From positions 10,715 through 74,714 of the forward strand of contig JAXJKV010000019.1 in the NCBI GenBank assembly GCA_036297525.1: a DNA stretch of 64,000 bases. The letters are read 5' to 3'. A program made the position numbers and the translations under genes. Shown here in pieces: positions 63,299 to 64,000 of the stretch (positions are counted from its first letter, which is position 1; each line of letters begins with the position of its first letter). The stretch comes from Collinsella sp. (lineage in GTDB: Bacteria > Actinomycetota > Coriobacteriia > Coriobacteriales > Coriobacteriaceae). The notes under the pieces are model-generated. The model was not told where the DNA came from. It made no database searches and worked only from the letters and a program-made list of their open reading frames with translations.

Positions 63299-64000
63299 AT
63301 GACGGTGGATCTCAATAGGCTGATTCTAGGCAAGAGCTACAACTCTACCAAGGTCTTTCGTACCGCTCAGCATGTGGTTCAAGCCATCTTGCTCGGTATT
63401 GTCGTTCCGCTGCTTATCCTGCTGCTCATCTGGGATCTAACCGATAATCCCAATCCCGTTCCGGCCGTTGTTGTCATTGCCGGCTTGGTCATGCTGTGCT
63501 TCTTCTTCTCGTACGTCTTTGTCGTTCCCGACGACCTCACATCGAGCGCAACCGACCGCACGCTCGCCATCGCTTCAAAAATATTCGCCTACACGTCGCG
63601 CGGCCTTACGCCCGAAGCTGCCCTGGGCGCCTCTAAGATCATCCTGTCCGAAACTATCGCCTCTGCCATCTGCTTTACCGACGGCAAGCAGGTGTTGGCA
63701 AGCTGGGGCGAGGACTCGGCAAAATGCCCCGCGGGCACCCCGGTGGTGCTGCGGACTACGCTCAACGTGATCAACAGCGGTGAGCAAAGCGTGTTCTCGC
63801 GCGATGCCTCGACCGAGACAGGTGGCTACTTTCCGCGCCTGCGCGCCGGTATTGTCGCACCGCTTACCGTGCGCGGGCATTGCGTGGGCACGCTCGAGCT
63901 GTATTATCCCCGTCTGAGCAGCATCGATATGCGCCAGACGGCGCTTGCCTCGGGCTTTGCCGACCTCATTTCCACGCAGCTTGCGAGCTTTGAGCTCGAG
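63299..64000 (+). CDS. LytS/YehU-like sensor histidine kinase, N-terminal part (3'-truncated by window)
   Basis: Manual translation open to the window end: two TM helices, TLAIAS...GLT, AICFTD, GAF-like IVAPLTVRGHCVGTLELYY, ISTQL. Confidence 0.75.
   Translation, partial: MTVDLNRLILGKSYNSTKVFRTAQHVVQAILLGIVVPLLILLLIWDLTDNPNPVPAVVVIAGLVMLCFFFSYVFVVPDDLTSSATDRTLAIASKIFAYTSRGLTPEAALGASKIILSETIASAICFTDGKQVLASWGEDSAKCPAGTPVVLRTTLNVINSGEQSVFSRDASTETGGYFPRLRAGIVAPLTVRGHCVGTLELYYPRLSSIDMRQTALASGFADLISTQLASFELE

Overview
High-GC chromosomal window from an anaerobic actinobacterium. Gene content and codon style suggest Coriobacteriia (Collinsella-like); this is an inference. The backbone carries hypA, a mannose-family PTS (manXYZ + DUF956), the pknB/rodA-pbpA/stp/fhaB/fhaA signalling cluster (here with RodA and the PBP fused), dnaX-ybaB-recR, a second kinase/FHA locus, pyruvate:ferredoxin oxidoreductase, carbamate kinase, a lic/cel-type beta-glucoside PTS operon, an APC permease with an amidohydrolase, and the start of a LytS-type kinase. 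Two accessory regions stand out. (1) A ~12.3 kb integrative mobilizable element in tRNA-Arg(CCT) (5084-17396) with integrase, DnaB-like helicase, MobC, VirD4-like coupling protein, relaxase, and an MmeI-type restriction-modification gene coupled to a GmrSD-type gene. Just outside its right end lies an apparent type I toxin-antitoxin locus. (2) A ~6.3 kb low-GC island (37373-43685) between two diverged copies of an FHA-gene 3' end. It encodes a radical SAM/SPASM maturase, two tandem Cys/Asp-patterned precursor peptides (one, 59 aa, is missing from the ORF track), an ABC exporter and a decayed methyltransferase. This is a candidate freyrasin-like (PapB-type) ranthipeptide system and the most interesting item in the window. 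A two-gene unit resembling a split cucumopine-synthase/McbB protein (50111-51054) is also notable. All family assignments come from motif recognition by eye; no database searches were run.
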